From an uncultured Bacillota bacterium (lineage in GTDB: Bacteria > Bacillota > Clostridia > Acetivibrionales > DTU013), in the NCBI GenBank assembly GCA_942493145.1, contig OW818679.1, positions 4,062,584-4,126,583 of the forward strand: 64,000 bases of DNA, given 5' to 3'. Below are positions 46,844 through 57,679 of this stretch, piece by piece. The stretch's first letter is position 1; each line of letters begins with the position of its first letter. A program made the translations under genes and the position numbers. The notes under the pieces were generated by a model. The model was given only the letters and a program-made list of their open reading frames with translations, searched no databases and had not been told where the DNA came from.

Positions 46844-48121
46844 TTATCCCAAAGTATGTTTGTCCTCCAACCTTTGAATGTTGGCGCCAAGTGCCTGAAG
46901 CTTCTTTTCCATGCCTGCATATCCCCTGTCAATATGCTCGATATCCGATATTTCTGTAGTGCCTTCTGCTCCCAGACCTGCGATTACCAATGCCGCACCC
47001 GCTCTCAGGTCAGTTGCCTTGACCTGAGCTCCGCTAAGCCTGTCAGAGCCTTCAACAATTGCACTTCGCCCTTCGACTCTTATATTTGCTCCCATCCTTT
47101 TTAGCTCACAAACGTGCATGAACCGGTTTTCAAAAACAGTTTCGATTATCATGCTTGTGCCGGTCGCGATGCTCATAAGTGCAGTCATCTGCGACTGCAT
47201 ATCTGTAGGAAACCCGGGATACGGAAGCGTCTTGATGTCCACCGCTTTGAGTCCCGACCTGTTTGTTCCGCAGACACGGATGCTGTTGAGTTCCTCGCTT
47301 ACCTCGATTCCGGCTTCCTTAAGTTTTGCGCTTACAGGACTTACATGCTCAGGAATAATATTATCAATTACCAGGTCGCCTCCGGTTATTGCAGCAGCTA
47401 CCATGAACGTACCCGCTTCTATCCGGTCGGGTATAATGTTATGGTTTGCCGCCTTTAGTCTTCTTACACCGGTTATCTTTATGGTATCTGTACCAGCTCC
47501 CTTTATATCTGCGCCCATTGATGAAAGATATGTAGCAAGATCAACGATTTCAGGCTCAATTGCTGCATTTTCAATGGTTGTAACACCATCTGCGGTAGCA
47601 GCTGCCATCATTATGTTTTCTGTTGCCCCTACGCTTGGAAAATCGAGGTATATTTTCTCTCCATTAAGCTTTCCGGATATACGGGCTTCAACATATCCAT
47701 GTCCCTGGGTTATTGTCGCTCCCATAGCAGCAAAACCTTTCAGATGCAGGTCAATGGGTCTGGAACCTATTGCACAGCCTCCCGGGAGTGAAATCCTGGC
47801 ATATCCGGTCCTCGCAAGCAGCGGCCCCATAATCAGAAAGGATGCCCTCAATTTGTTCACAAGCTCGTAAGGTGCAGTTGAAGAGGATATTTCCGGCGAG
47901 TTCACCGTCAACACCCCTCCGGAAAGATCGATTTCGACCCCAAGTGATTCAATGAGGTCACACATGATTTTAACATCATTTAAAAATGGTATTTCTTCGA
48001 TTACAGTTTTTCCTTCAGCGAGTAAGGATGCCGCGATAACAGGCAAAACAGCGTTTTTGGCGCCGCTGATCCTTACTTTTCCAATAAGAGGCACTCCTCC
48101 GCAAATAACAAAAGTGGACAT
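46844..48121 (-). CDS. murA: UDP-N-acetylglucosamine 1-carboxyvinyltransferase
   Basis: [19 protein letters not shown] is present, along with [16 protein letters not shown], which holds the catalytic Cys. Confidence 0.95.
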   Translation of the reverse strand: MSTFVICGGVPLIGKVRISGAKNAVLPVIAASLLAEGKTVIEEIPFLNDVKIMCDLIESLGVEIDLSGGVLTVNSPEISSSTAPYELVNKLRASFLIMGPLLARTGYARISLPGGCAIGSRPIDLHLKGFAAMGATITQGHGYVEARISGKLNGEKIYLDFPSVGATENIMMAAATADGVTTIENAAIEPEIVDLATYLSSMGADIKGAGTDTIKITGVRRLKAANHNIIPDRIEAGTFMVAAAITGGDLVIDNIIPEHVSPVSAKLKEAGIEVSEELNSIRVCGTNRSGLKAVDIKTLPYPGFPTDMQSQMTALMSIATGTSMIIETVFENRFMHVCELKRMGANIRVEGRSAIVEGSDRLSGAQVKATDLRAGAALVIAGLGAEGTTEISDIEHIDRGYAGMEKKLQALGANIQRLEDKHTLG

Positions 48122-48331
48122 TTTTGTTCTCCCCCTTAGTCTTTAGTGCATTTAGTATTTGTTTACATAACAACATATTTTTTCACAGCACTTTAAATCC
48201 GTTAAAATTATTGCCTCTTTGAAAGGGGACTATACATGAAATTATTATTAAAACGGCTGTATTTAGCCATCCGGCGGCATTACGCCGCCAGACGGCTTTT
48301 GTTAGACATTCCCAGAATTATTACCAGAAAA

Positions 48332-51300
48332 TCACAGTTCCCCGGAAAAAACTAGAAGTTTTTCGAGCAAAATCATCAATTCGCCCCGCGTTATGGGATC
48401 CTTCGGTCCGAAGACATTGCTGAACCTGCTTATAATAATGCCATTTTCCACAGCATATTTAATTTTTGGTAAATATTTGGATGATATTTCTGACGCATCC
48501 TTGTAAACACCAGTGTCATCCCTTGATGCAACTGCCTTTTCGGAGGATTTCAACTCATATATCCTGATAGTCATCGATACAAGCTTCTCCCTGGTACATT
48601 CCACCGAGGGCTGCACAGCATCGGCAGCACTTAAAAGGCCGGCTTTTACCGCAACATTCAGATAGTTAGATCCATAGCTGTAATCTATCATATCAAGCAT
48701 GAATTTTACGGCATCACCATTGGTGACATATTTCTCCGGTTCGAAGGTCCTGTCCGTAACTACCCTTATCTCATGTACCGAAGCCACATTGTTGATCGAG
48801 GTCCTCGCCCAATGCTTCGAAGTATCATCGAAATAATTCTCACCAGGCTCCGCAACCGCCATCCTGCCGGTCTCACCTGCTTCAAAGCTCAGGTATCCGA
48901 TACTGTTGTCGGGGTCAAAGGTGGCGGTTGTATCCTTTTTGATCCACTTGACCTTCTCTTCAGGAAGGATATAGCCTGAAGTCAAACCTTCTGTATACCA
49001 TCTGACACTGGAGTATTCATAGACCACCTTCAGCGGCTTTTCAAATTTATTGATCTCTGAAATACTTCCATTCAATGCCTCTGTTATGCTCAACTGGGTT
49101 GCAGATGTCTTTAATGCAAGGTTTGTGGTATCGGTATCTGCAACAGCTCCCTCGAGCAGGATGTGGAAGGCGAAAACCGTTTCCTTCGATTGGACTGCCG
49201 AAGCAACCACATTATCCGTTATAAATACTCCCGGACGTACAACAATCGTATTCTTGTCCGTTTTTATCAGCAGGTTTTCACCTATTGCAGAAAGCGCCCT
49301 CAACACCTTTCCTGATACTGATAATGTTACTATCTGGGTTCCGCTGGGCGCATCAGTAAGATCGACAAGGTAATCCAGCTTCCTGTCGTTCTGCACATGG
49401 TTGATGAACCGCTCGGCATTGATTCCGACAATCCTTGCACTCCAGATATGGTTGACTGCAGCATAGTCTATCACTATGAAATCCCCGCTCAACACATTTT
49501 CCACATCCTGATCGGAATCGTAATCGTCCTGGCTCCGCTCAGTTCTCACAATAACGCTCTGAGTGGGATTGGATTTCAATTCCTTTTCCGGGTCATAGGC
49601 ATACAGTCTCGCGTAATATCTCAGATTGGATCTGAGCCCTGAAACAGTGTATTCCGAAACCTCACCGGCTTCATATACTTTCGCATCGGTGTAATTTATA
49701 TCTGTTGCTACTTCAAGTATGTATTCAAGCCCCTCTATCATAATCCATTCGTAGGTAATCGAATTTTTTGTCACTGCATCATCTGAATTTTTTACTCCAA
49801 AGCCTTTCGGCGTTTCAGGCGGCATATATGCCTTTGTTTTCAGGATCAGTGAATCGCTCCATTCGGAACGGCTGGTTTCACCGGCTGCGTTGGATGCCTC
49901 GGCCTGTATCCAGAAGTAATATATGGTACTGGGGGTAAGGTCTGAAAGCTTATAATACGACGTACCGATCAGTTCATCGGCAGTAATTTCGATGCTGTCC
50001 GATGCTGACTCTATATCATCCGTTGTCGAGTACTTGAGGTAGTAGTTGTAATTGGCTACAGTGGTCCAGCCCAGATTCACATAGGTATCTGCTGCCTCAT
50101 AGTAGTTGAATAAAGGGACTGTGGGCTTTTCAAGCGGTATTAGAAGGTCAGGGTTTGTGGTGACTATTATGGGGTCGGATGGGCCGGAAATAAGGCTTAC
50201 TGTCCTCCTGGCCGCTCTAAGCCAAATTATATATGTCATATTGGGCTCAAGACCTTCGATGGTTATGTCCAGGTTATGCTTCTTCCCATCACGGATCGAG
50301 CCTGCGTCGGTTATAACCTCATCAGTGTCGTTGGCAGTGACCGGGAATCCTGTTATCCTGTCCGCAGTAAGTGTCTCAAGGGTGCTGTAATCGAACCCAT
50401 CAACATATTCAATGCACCCCACATCAATGGTTACGCCTCCATCATATTCTACGATCCTGTAGAGCAACCGCTCTTCAGCGGTAAGCCGTTCCCCGACGGG
50501 CAGAAGGTCCGGAGAACTGGACGCCTTTTCCGTCTCAAGTCTTGATACCAGTGTATCGTCAATATCATCAAGCGCTTCCGGCGTCACGTACACCCATTCA
50601 CCCCTGCCGTCACTGAGAGTGGTATACATCTCATACCATTTGTTCATTAGGGTAACGGTCGCAGAAGTACCGGTTACCGCTTCAATTCCGTCGGTTATTT
50701 TTATTGCAAAAGGCGGTCGGTTGGGCACAACAGGCTGATCGATGGGACCGCTTGCCGGTGTGATGATTATCTTAATCGCAGGCAGAGACTCGTACATTGT
50801 GGTGGTCAGCTTGTTGTTCACAAATTCCACATAAGCCTTCTTGGCAACGATTTTAAAATAGTAGGTGGAGTTTGCTGTGAGTCCATTGATGACATATTTG
50901 TAGCCAAGCAGGTTCGTACCGCTCATTACGTTGTTGTTAGTCGTCATGCTCACTTCAGAAGCTATTAATGAAGATGACGGTGGGTCATCTATAAGGCTTG
51001 AGTCGGTTATCAGCCATATATCGTAAACCATGTCGGTATCGACAGTGCCGTCACCCTTTTTGGGTGTCCTCCACAGCAGTGTGGCGCTGTTGGAGGTTAG
51101 CCTCTCCTCATAGCTGATTATTGGGATGCCGGCGTTGGTAAACTCTTTGACAAGCTCCGGCACCCCTGGATTGGCTGGTGCTGCCGTCTCTTTGACGAAT
51201 ATCTTCTGTGAGACTATATCGATTCCAGGGTATATATCCGCTCCATTCTCCGTTACAATAGCTCTTATTATATAATAATTGGTCAATTCTTCGGGTGTAA

Positions 51301-52306
51301 CCGTCAAATAGAATACAGTATCGTCCGTTGAAGCCATGTATTGCTCAAGTGAGCCTGTTTCGTTCGAGCCCTTGTAAATCATGTAGGTAATGTTCAAATC
51401 CTCGCTGCTGAGGCCTGTCACAACCGGGCTCCACTCCATCTTCCATATGGTGCCGTCATCGGTGGTCGCCATTTTTGTAGTGGTTGCAAGAATATAGCTT
51501 GAGACGGTTACCGTATTACTCTCTTCTGTATGATAGAGTCCTGTATCTGAAATGTCAGGTACAATTTTAATGTAGTAGACCCTTCCCGAGTCGCTTACAT
51601 TATGAATATATTCGAGCTTTCCGGATGACTCGTCCACGGTCACCGGTCCGGTGGAGCTGATATCCTCTTCATTGATATATATGGGTTGTGTATTTGTAAA
51701 GGAGCTGTTTTCTGAAATATAAAGCTTGTAATCGATACGGCTTCCTGCATTCCATACGTCATCCCATTGTATCATTATCTGGCTGTCCTCATAAGCATAT
51801 GCATTGAGCGCAATATCAGTCAGGAACCTTACGGTGTTTGACCTTGCTGATTCAGCGCTGCTGAAGGACGTATCATCGATGGAGTATGTATAATATGCCC
51901 TGGTATATGCATAGTAAACTGTCCCTGAATCAAGTTCGTCCATCCTCATTTCATTTTCAGCGCCCACTGCCGTCGATGCAGGAACATCCGATTCTTTCAG
52001 CTCAAGCGGATTTGATGCCTTATAGGGTTTGTTTATGGGCAGGAGATAATAGTTAAGGAAATAGCCTGTAACATTTAGGGGAGGATTTGTGGGAAGTGTC
52101 AATGCATCGCCCCTCAAATCGGCATAATATTTATTTATCTCATTATAGCCTATGGCCGGCTGGAAGTTGGATATGGCCTCAATGTGCAGATTTTCCGGAT
52201 CCGGCTGTATGGCTACAGCTGCAAATACACTGCTCACAGGACCTGCCAGCTGTAGTGCTATTATCATCGTCAATATCAAACTTAGTATTATTCTCGCTTT
52301 TTTCAT
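48332..52306 (-). CDS. Giant secreted surface protein: signal peptide, many Fn3-like modules, C-terminal SLH-like domains (1324 aa)
   Basis: Start is ATG 52306 (MKKARIILSLILTMIIALQLAGPVSSVFA), 6 nt after GGAGG. Repeated Fn3-type strands are present (YYFKIVAKKAY, YYFWIQAEASN, YYARLYAYDPE). The C-terminus carries KHWARTSINNV... and FGPKDPITRGELMILLEKLL. Confidence 0.8.
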   Translation of the reverse strand: MKKARIILSLILTMIIALQLAGPVSSVFAAVAIQPDPENLHIEAISNFQPAIGYNEINKYYADLRGDALTLPTNPPLNVTGYFLNYYLLPINKPYKASNPLELKESDVPASTAVGAENEMRMDELDSGTVYYAYTRAYYTYSIDDTSFSSAESARSNTVRFLTDIALNAYAYEDSQIMIQWDDVWNAGSRIDYKLYISENSSFTNTQPIYINEEDISSTGPVTVDESSGKLEYIHNVSDSGRVYYIKIVPDISDTGLYHTEESNTVTVSSYILATTTKMATTDDGTIWKMEWSPVVTGLSSEDLNITYMIYKGSNETGSLEQYMASTDDTVFYLTVTPEELTNYYIIRAIVTENGADIYPGIDIVSQKIFVKETAAPANPGVPELVKEFTNAGIPIISYEERLTSNSATLLWRTPKKGDGTVDTDMVYDIWLITDSSLIDDPPSSSLIASEVSMTTNNNVMSGTNLLGYKYVINGLTANSTYYFKIVAKKAYVEFVNNKLTTTMYESLPAIKIIITPASGPIDQPVVPNRPPFAIKITDGIEAVTGTSATVTLMNKWYEMYTTLSDGRGEWVYVTPEALDDIDDTLVSRLETEKASSSPDLLPVGERLTAEERLLYRIVEYDGGVTIDVGCIEYVDGFDYSTLETLTADRITGFPVTANDTDEVITDAGSIRDGKKHNLDITIEGLEPNMTYIIWLRAARRTVSLISGPSDPIIVTTNPDLLIPLEKPTVPLFNYYEAADTYVNLGWTTVANYNYYLKYSTTDDIESASDSIEITADELIGTSYYKLSDLTPSTIYYFWIQAEASNAAGETSRSEWSDSLILKTKAYMPPETPKGFGVKNSDDAVTKNSITYEWIMIEGLEYILEVATDINYTDAKVYEAGEVSEYTVSGLRSNLRYYARLYAYDPEKELKSNPTQSVIVRTERSQDDYDSDQDVENVLSGDFIVIDYAAVNHIWSARIVGINAERFINHVQNDRKLDYLVDLTDAPSGTQIVTLSVSGKVLRALSAIGENLLIKTDKNTIVVRPGVFITDNVVASAVQSKETVFAFHILLEGAVADTDTTNLALKTSATQLSITEALNGSISEINKFEKPLKVVYEYSSVRWYTEGLTSGYILPEEKVKWIKKDTTATFDPDNSIGYLSFEAGETGRMAVAEPGENYFDDTSKHWARTSINNVASVHEIRVVTDRTFEPEKYVTNGDAVKFMLDMIDYSYGSNYLNVAVKAGLLSAADAVQPSVECTREKLVSMTIRIYELKSSEKAVASRDDTGVYKDASEISSKYLPKIKYAVENGIIISRFSNVFGPKDPITRGELMILLEKLLVFSGEL

Positions 52307-52343
52307 TATTGCCTCCATGTCCCCGTTGTACCAGATGAATTGT

Positions 52344-52371
52344 CTCATTGGACTCATTGGTCTCATTGGAC
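52344..52371. repeat. Three 9-nt spaced copies of CTCATTGG (minus strand: CCAATGAG) between the two giant genes
   Basis: The sequence ctcattggactcattggtctcattgga lies 38-65 nt upstream of the 1324-aa gene start. Confidence 0.8.
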
Positions 52372-52381
52372 TCCTCGGATT

Positions 52382-55300
52382 TTACTCCGAAATGTCCCCT
52401 GTCAGCTGCAGCAGTTTTACAAAGGCGGCTGCAGTTTCAGCTCTTGTCATTGTTCCGTTTGGTTTGAAATTACCGTCCGAATCGACGCTCATGACCTTCA
52501 GGTCCAGCGCAGCAAGCACAGGATTGTAAAACTTGTCCAAAATGCCTGTTTCGTCACTTATATATATAGTGGCACCCGGTTTCATACTGCCCGGGCTCAA
52601 CCCCTTTTTGACTTCAATCAGTTTGATCAGTACCGCAGCTGTCTCCTGCCGTTTCACACTCTTCAGCAGCCCCGTAGGACTGAAAATGTCATCAAGCCCA
52701 AGTCTTGTAGATTTCTGCCTTATCGTCAGACCATAGTTTTCATTGGCCTTGCCCGTAACTTTTTCATACAACAGGACAATCTCGCTGCAGGCAACTATGT
52801 TTTCCGGGGCGAAAGTACTGCCGCTGCCTGTGAATACTTCACTGAGATCATACCTGGTTGTAAGCCTGGTGATATATGTACTAGCCCAGTAGCTGCCGTC
52901 AATATCGGTTGTCATGCTCTTTGCTGCCAGTATAACGTATTCGCCCGTTCCTGTGATATTGAAAATCAGGCTGCCTGAGGTCTGGCCCACATTGCTGCTG
53001 AGCTTCTGCCAGGCTTTTGCATCATCATACAGGACATACGGCGATTTCACCCCATCCGAACTGATATAATTGAGCTTTGCCGCCATAGGTGAATTGAACC
53101 TTTGTATGCTCTGCACGGCTGTACTCAGCCTCGCTGCCTCAAAGGCAGTGTTGATGTAATTCGAAAGCTGATCCTCAATGACTTCAACCAGAGTATTGGT
53201 GTATCCCTCCAGGATTTTATATGAATCTGTTCCTGACCCTATGTACGTGTTGAGCAGTACGGACAGGGTCTCCGAAACAAGGCCTGAATCTTTATTGTAC
53301 AACTTATCATCGATAAGCTTCTTCAAATTGGCAGAAGATATCGACGTCCCCTGTGCAAGGACGTCCATGCTGTTAACCGTCGAAGCAAGTACCTGTGTCG
53401 AAGGTATGGCTTTTGAAGGACCACTTGATCGGTTTATAGTGATCTGCAGATAGATATCTTCCACATTCGACATGGCATCCAGTGTTTTAATCTGCTCGCT
53501 GTTTACCGTATCAAGGCTGCCAGGTTTCAATGTGTATTCAGCCCCCGATGTCCTTATGAGAAGGTTTTTCCCCTTTGAATTCAATGCCCTGACCACTGCC
53601 AACGGCACATACACCACATCGGAGTAGGTTGTGGAGGAATACTCTGAAATATCAAGGGTAATACCAGCTCCGGAGGCATAATTCACCATGTTTACAGCTG
53701 GCTCACTTTTTATGAGTATTTTGGTAGGTGCTCCGGATGTTGCCACCCTCCAGTACCATTCCATCTCCATATCCTCAATCTTGTCGCGGAAGACAGCTTC
53801 TGTCTGTTCCTGCCTGTCAGTGTCATCATAGTCACTCTGGTTGAATTCTGTCCTGATGTTCACAGGTCCGGCATACTTGGAGTATGATGTGTTGGCCAGG
53901 TCAACGGAGTCCACCTTTAATGACCTTACTTTAATATAGTATTTTACATTTGACCTGAGGGTCTGATGTGTCGTCACATCATCGGTCAGTGCCACCTCCA
54001 TGCTCTTTATCCTGGCATGGAACTGCTGATAGTCGGTAGTCGAAGTCACTTTGGTTTCTTCCCAGTAATAAGGAAGGACATATCCGTTTTTATCAGTATA
54101 CATTTCAAGGTCCGCCGATGTCAGCGTCGTATAATCAGCTTCTCCTTCAGCACGTATTGCCAGTTCATATGAAGAGTAGTCGTCAACAGGCGTTCCTACC
54201 CATGCGACCTCTATCTCATGTGCTCCGTCGCGTGTTGCCACTCCGCTGTCAGAATATACTTCATTGGTCTTGTTCGAGCCCCTGTATACCCTGATATCAT
54301 AATACGCTCCCAGCTCCAGTCCATAAAGCCTGCCGTAGAAAGTACTGCCATCTTCATCGGCAACCACTGTGCTTGCCGATCTTGTTACCAATATGTAATT
54401 CGAATCGCCGGATTTCTTAATGTATATATAGAAGTCCTCAGCTGTCACACCAGCAGTTGCATCCGTCCAGAAAAATCCCAGCCGCACATCGCTTACCGCA
54501 AGCAGGGAGGTCGGAGCTTCAATAAGGGATGTGGTGACAGGTATGCTTACCCATACACTTTCGCTGACCGTATCTGCGTCTATCACCCTTACCGCCTTGA
54601 GGCTGAAATAGTAAAGCTTGTTGGGAAACATCCTCAAATCGACCACATATGTACATGTATTCGTTTCGCTGTTATAGGTGAATTTGCCCTGTTGATTTCC
54701 GAGGTGCGGTGGATTTTCGGGGTCCAGATATACCTTGTCGTTATCCGCATCCCCATCACTGATTTCATCATATGCTGCAAGGAAGCTAAGATACTCCTCA
54801 TCGTTTGAGTACGCCGGTAACTGATCGGTTGTCGCTACCCTGGAAGAAGTCCTGATCAGCTCGTAGATCACATCGTCCTCGATGCGCTCCCATGTAAGGG
54901 TCACACTCCTGCCGGTCACGATCTGGTTTCCTGAGCTATCGGTTGCAATGGCTAAATCCACTGGAGCAAGGGGCTTCCTTGTTGTATCATCCGGTACATT
55001 CACCACCAGCTCAACTGTCGTTACCGACAGGATTGCCGTGTTCCTTGAGGGCATTGTAACGGGTTCTTCTACAGCCAATTTGTCGGTTATCACAAGCCTT
55101 ATCTTCATAATGTAGTAATATGTTGTGTTTGGCTGAAGGCTACTGCCAAAACGGGTATATCGGAGCGCCTGATCTGTGCCGGCGGCCCCTCCCTCAAATT
55201 GTGATATCCTCGCCACTATCGACGTACTTGTTGGATCGTCTGAGCCTGTGAATATGACATCCTCGTCTGTGTGCTCAGTGGTACCGACCAGTGTGAACTC

Positions 55301-57418
55301 CGTATCAGTCCTGGTGTTCATATATATGTCGTAATACATGTCGTAGTTATATGTGTTGGTGTCATAATCACTCGTATAATTTGTCCAGTCAAGATTCTGC
55401 ACTTTGTCAAATATCAGGTCTATGTAGTTCTTATAGCCGGTAGGGCTTGTTGCATCATCCGGCAGGTGGGTTCCATTTGCCTCAAGCATGAAATTCATGG
55501 GCAGGGGGACTTCCTGTTCAGCGCCGGTCAGGGTTGTGAAGGTTGCCACCACCGACCTGTCCGACATGTCTCCGGTATCAACGGAGCCCGCATCACCGAC
55601 TAGTGTGGTGTACATCTGCAGATAGTAAACCGTATTTGGCAGAAAGAAGGTCGGATAGCCTTCCGTATTGTCATTACCGGGGAATGCATCAGCTGCAAAA
55701 TTTATTGGATTTCCCAGGGAGTCTTCTCCCTTAAAAAGGCTGAAGGCATCTATGGTATAGGACAGGGTCGTGCCGTTGTCCGCTATGTTGGCAGAGTCTC
55801 CGATAACATATTTGACCAGCCTGTAATTAACCGGATATTCATCCCAGTATGTCCCGTTGACATACAACGGCACCAGCAACTCCTCTTCCAGATTGCTTTG
55901 GTTGGTGCTTACCAGGAAATGTACCGCAAGGGTGTCCTTAGAGGTGGCCCACATTTCAGGTTTGTCCCATGTTACAGTTACGTCGGTTGATTTGAAGGTG
56001 ATCGTTGTATTTGCCGGATCTGCTGGATTCGGAAGGATCACAGGCCCTGAAGCATGAAGCGTCCTTCCGGTAACAGCAGCTCCTGTTGGGACAGGCGGCC
56101 TGCTGGTGTCTATCGAAAGCATGTATGGCATTTTGAGTGATTCAAGCCTGTCAGCCTCACTATCCGATTTGACTACAATCTTGTAATAGACCAGGTTGTT
56201 AGGGTTACCTCCGTCAATAGGTACTGTCGTGGTTTCACCGACAAAATACGAGTCGTTCAGGGTATACATGACCGTCCAATCGCCGGTATTGGATGGATCG
56301 TCACCGGCCTGCACCTCATAATACAACCTCGGAAGGTCCAGGCTGCCCTGGTTTATCCTGTATATCTTCACATATACGTTGTTGATGCTGTCTTTAGTAA
56401 GCTGGAACCTGATTGGTGTATAAGCATATGCAACCGGGCCTGAAAGCAGGCTGCCGTTCTGATCCACGGGCTTCGCAGCGATTATGGCGCTCTGCTGCAC
56501 GCCCGAAGCGTTCCGGACAACAGGCTTGATGTTCATATAATATACGGTTCCTGGCAGTATGTCTCCATCGGGCAAAGTATTGGCATCGGGTGCAACGATA
56601 TCAGCAACGTCGATTGTTGTATCCGCCCTGCCAAGGATATTGAAGCTTAGAAAGCCATATATATCCGGTCCTTGTACCTGGCAGGTGACAGGATCTGCTT
56701 CACTGCCTGAAACATGGGCCTCGTACCTCCCTGTCAGACCATTATGTTCTACAATCAGAGCCGCTTCATCAGGACTCCCATTTAGCTTGGACTCAGTGGT
56801 GGAAAGATTGATCCTGTATTCAAAGGTTGAAAAATCCCGAAATCCATCAAGCATGCCGTAAACTGAATTAAGGGAGTTTTCCATCGTTTCCAGTGTGGCA
56901 AAATCCGAAGCGGAGATGTTTACAATCATGCCGGAGCTTTCGTCATATATCCTGGGCTCGATCCATTTCAAATTCAATTCCGGCTCATTCCCGCTCTGCC
57001 TTCCGCCTCCGGTCAGATCATCATATCCGGTATCCACAGAGGTTGAATAGAAGGTAATCATGGGGAGGTAATAAAGCAGGCCTCTGCCTGTCAATGATCC
57101 CGCCCCGCCGGGATCCGAATATATCTCCAGCTCTATGTCGTATATGTAATCTGATTCGAGATCGGTGATAGATATGGTGTTTAACGTCTGATCGCTGGAT
57201 ATTGTCTCTATACCGCCCGTACCTGGCGAGTGATAGGTGATAACGACCGATTCCGCTCCTGAAACCGCATCCCACCTTATATCGAGCGTTCCGGATTCAT
57301 AGCTGACAACATATATATCAACCGGTGTAGTTGCCGCATGGACTATGGAAACGGGTGCAAGCCCCATTAAAAGTATGATTGAAAGCGTCAGTGCAGCCGC
57401 CTTTTTTAGTAGTTTCAT
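52382..57418 (-). CDS. Giant secreted surface protein: signal peptide, many Fn3-like modules, C-terminal SLH-like domains (1678 aa)
   Basis: Start is ATG 57418 (MKLLKKAAALTLSIILLMGLAPVSIVHA). Fn3-type signatures are present (YIYDIELEIYS, YYLQMYTTLVG, YYYIMKIRLV, YYFSLKAVRV, YYIKVRSLKV). The C-terminus carries GSYWASTYITRL... and FKPNGTMTRAETAAAFVKLL. Confidence 0.8.
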   Translation of the reverse strand: MKLLKKAAALTLSIILLMGLAPVSIVHAATTPVDIYVVSYESGTLDIRWDAVSGAESVVITYHSPGTGGIETISSDQTLNTISITDLESDYIYDIELEIYSDPGGAGSLTGRGLLYYLPMITFYSTSVDTGYDDLTGGGRQSGNEPELNLKWIEPRIYDESSGMIVNISASDFATLETMENSLNSVYGMLDGFRDFSTFEYRINLSTTESKLNGSPDEAALIVEHNGLTGRYEAHVSGSEADPVTCQVQGPDIYGFLSFNILGRADTTIDVADIVAPDANTLPDGDILPGTVYYMNIKPVVRNASGVQQSAIIAAKPVDQNGSLLSGPVAYAYTPIRFQLTKDSINNVYVKIYRINQGSLDLPRLYYEVQAGDDPSNTGDWTVMYTLNDSYFVGETTTVPIDGGNPNNLVYYKIVVKSDSEADRLESLKMPYMLSIDTSRPPVPTGAAVTGRTLHASGPVILPNPADPANTTITFKSTDVTVTWDKPEMWATSKDTLAVHFLVSTNQSNLEEELLVPLYVNGTYWDEYPVNYRLVKYVIGDSANIADNGTTLSYTIDAFSLFKGEDSLGNPINFAADAFPGNDNTEGYPTFFLPNTVYYLQMYTTLVGDAGSVDTGDMSDRSVVATFTTLTGAEQEVPLPMNFMLEANGTHLPDDATSPTGYKNYIDLIFDKVQNLDWTNYTSDYDTNTYNYDMYYDIYMNTRTDTEFTLVGTTEHTDEDVIFTGSDDPTSTSIVARISQFEGGAAGTDQALRYTRFGSSLQPNTTYYYIMKIRLVITDKLAVEEPVTMPSRNTAILSVTTVELVVNVPDDTTRKPLAPVDLAIATDSSGNQIVTGRSVTLTWERIEDDVIYELIRTSSRVATTDQLPAYSNDEEYLSFLAAYDEISDGDADNDKVYLDPENPPHLGNQQGKFTYNSETNTCTYVVDLRMFPNKLYYFSLKAVRVIDADTVSESVWVSIPVTTSLIEAPTSLLAVSDVRLGFFWTDATAGVTAEDFYIYIKKSGDSNYILVTRSASTVVADEDGSTFYGRLYGLELGAYYDIRVYRGSNKTNEVYSDSGVATRDGAHEIEVAWVGTPVDDYSSYELAIRAEGEADYTTLTSADLEMYTDKNGYVLPYYWEETKVTSTTDYQQFHARIKSMEVALTDDVTTHQTLRSNVKYYIKVRSLKVDSVDLANTSYSKYAGPVNIRTEFNQSDYDDTDRQEQTEAVFRDKIEDMEMEWYWRVATSGAPTKILIKSEPAVNMVNYASGAGITLDISEYSSTTYSDVVYVPLAVVRALNSKGKNLLIRTSGAEYTLKPGSLDTVNSEQIKTLDAMSNVEDIYLQITINRSSGPSKAIPSTQVLASTVNSMDVLAQGTSISSANLKKLIDDKLYNKDSGLVSETLSVLLNTYIGSGTDSYKILEGYTNTLVEVIEDQLSNYINTAFEAARLSTAVQSIQRFNSPMAAKLNYISSDGVKSPYVLYDDAKAWQKLSSNVGQTSGSLIFNITGTGEYVILAAKSMTTDIDGSYWASTYITRLTTRYDLSEVFTGSGSTFAPENIVACSEIVLLYEKVTGKANENYGLTIRQKSTRLGLDDIFSPTGLLKSVKRQETAAVLIKLIEVKKGLSPGSMKPGATIYISDETGILDKFYNPVLAALDLKVMSVDSDGNFKPNGTMTRAETAAAFVKLLQLTGDISE

Positions 57419-57679
57419 CTGATTACCCCCGACAAATGTAGGCACACATAAAAATCCCATATGTGTTTTACTACTTTATCGGCAAAAAAGGCCTTTTAAA
57501 TTATAGCTTTAAAATTACAAATATGTTTCAGCAGCTTATTCGATGAGCGTGATATGTGTGTGAGTTTATGTTATATGATTTTGTGTTATATTTTGACAAT
57601 TATTGTTTTATATGGTATATTATTGGAAGTTGTGCCGATATTTGACCTTATGACCGACAATATACTATCTACAGGAGGA

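Noticed and set aside
48265-48297. GC-rich hairpin agccatccggcggcattacgccgccagacggct as the terminator of the 1324-aa gene
   Set aside because: On the gene's (minus) strand it is not followed by a T tract. The T-rich flank is on the plus strand, where there is no upstream gene. It was left uncalled and may be a stability element or a weak terminator.
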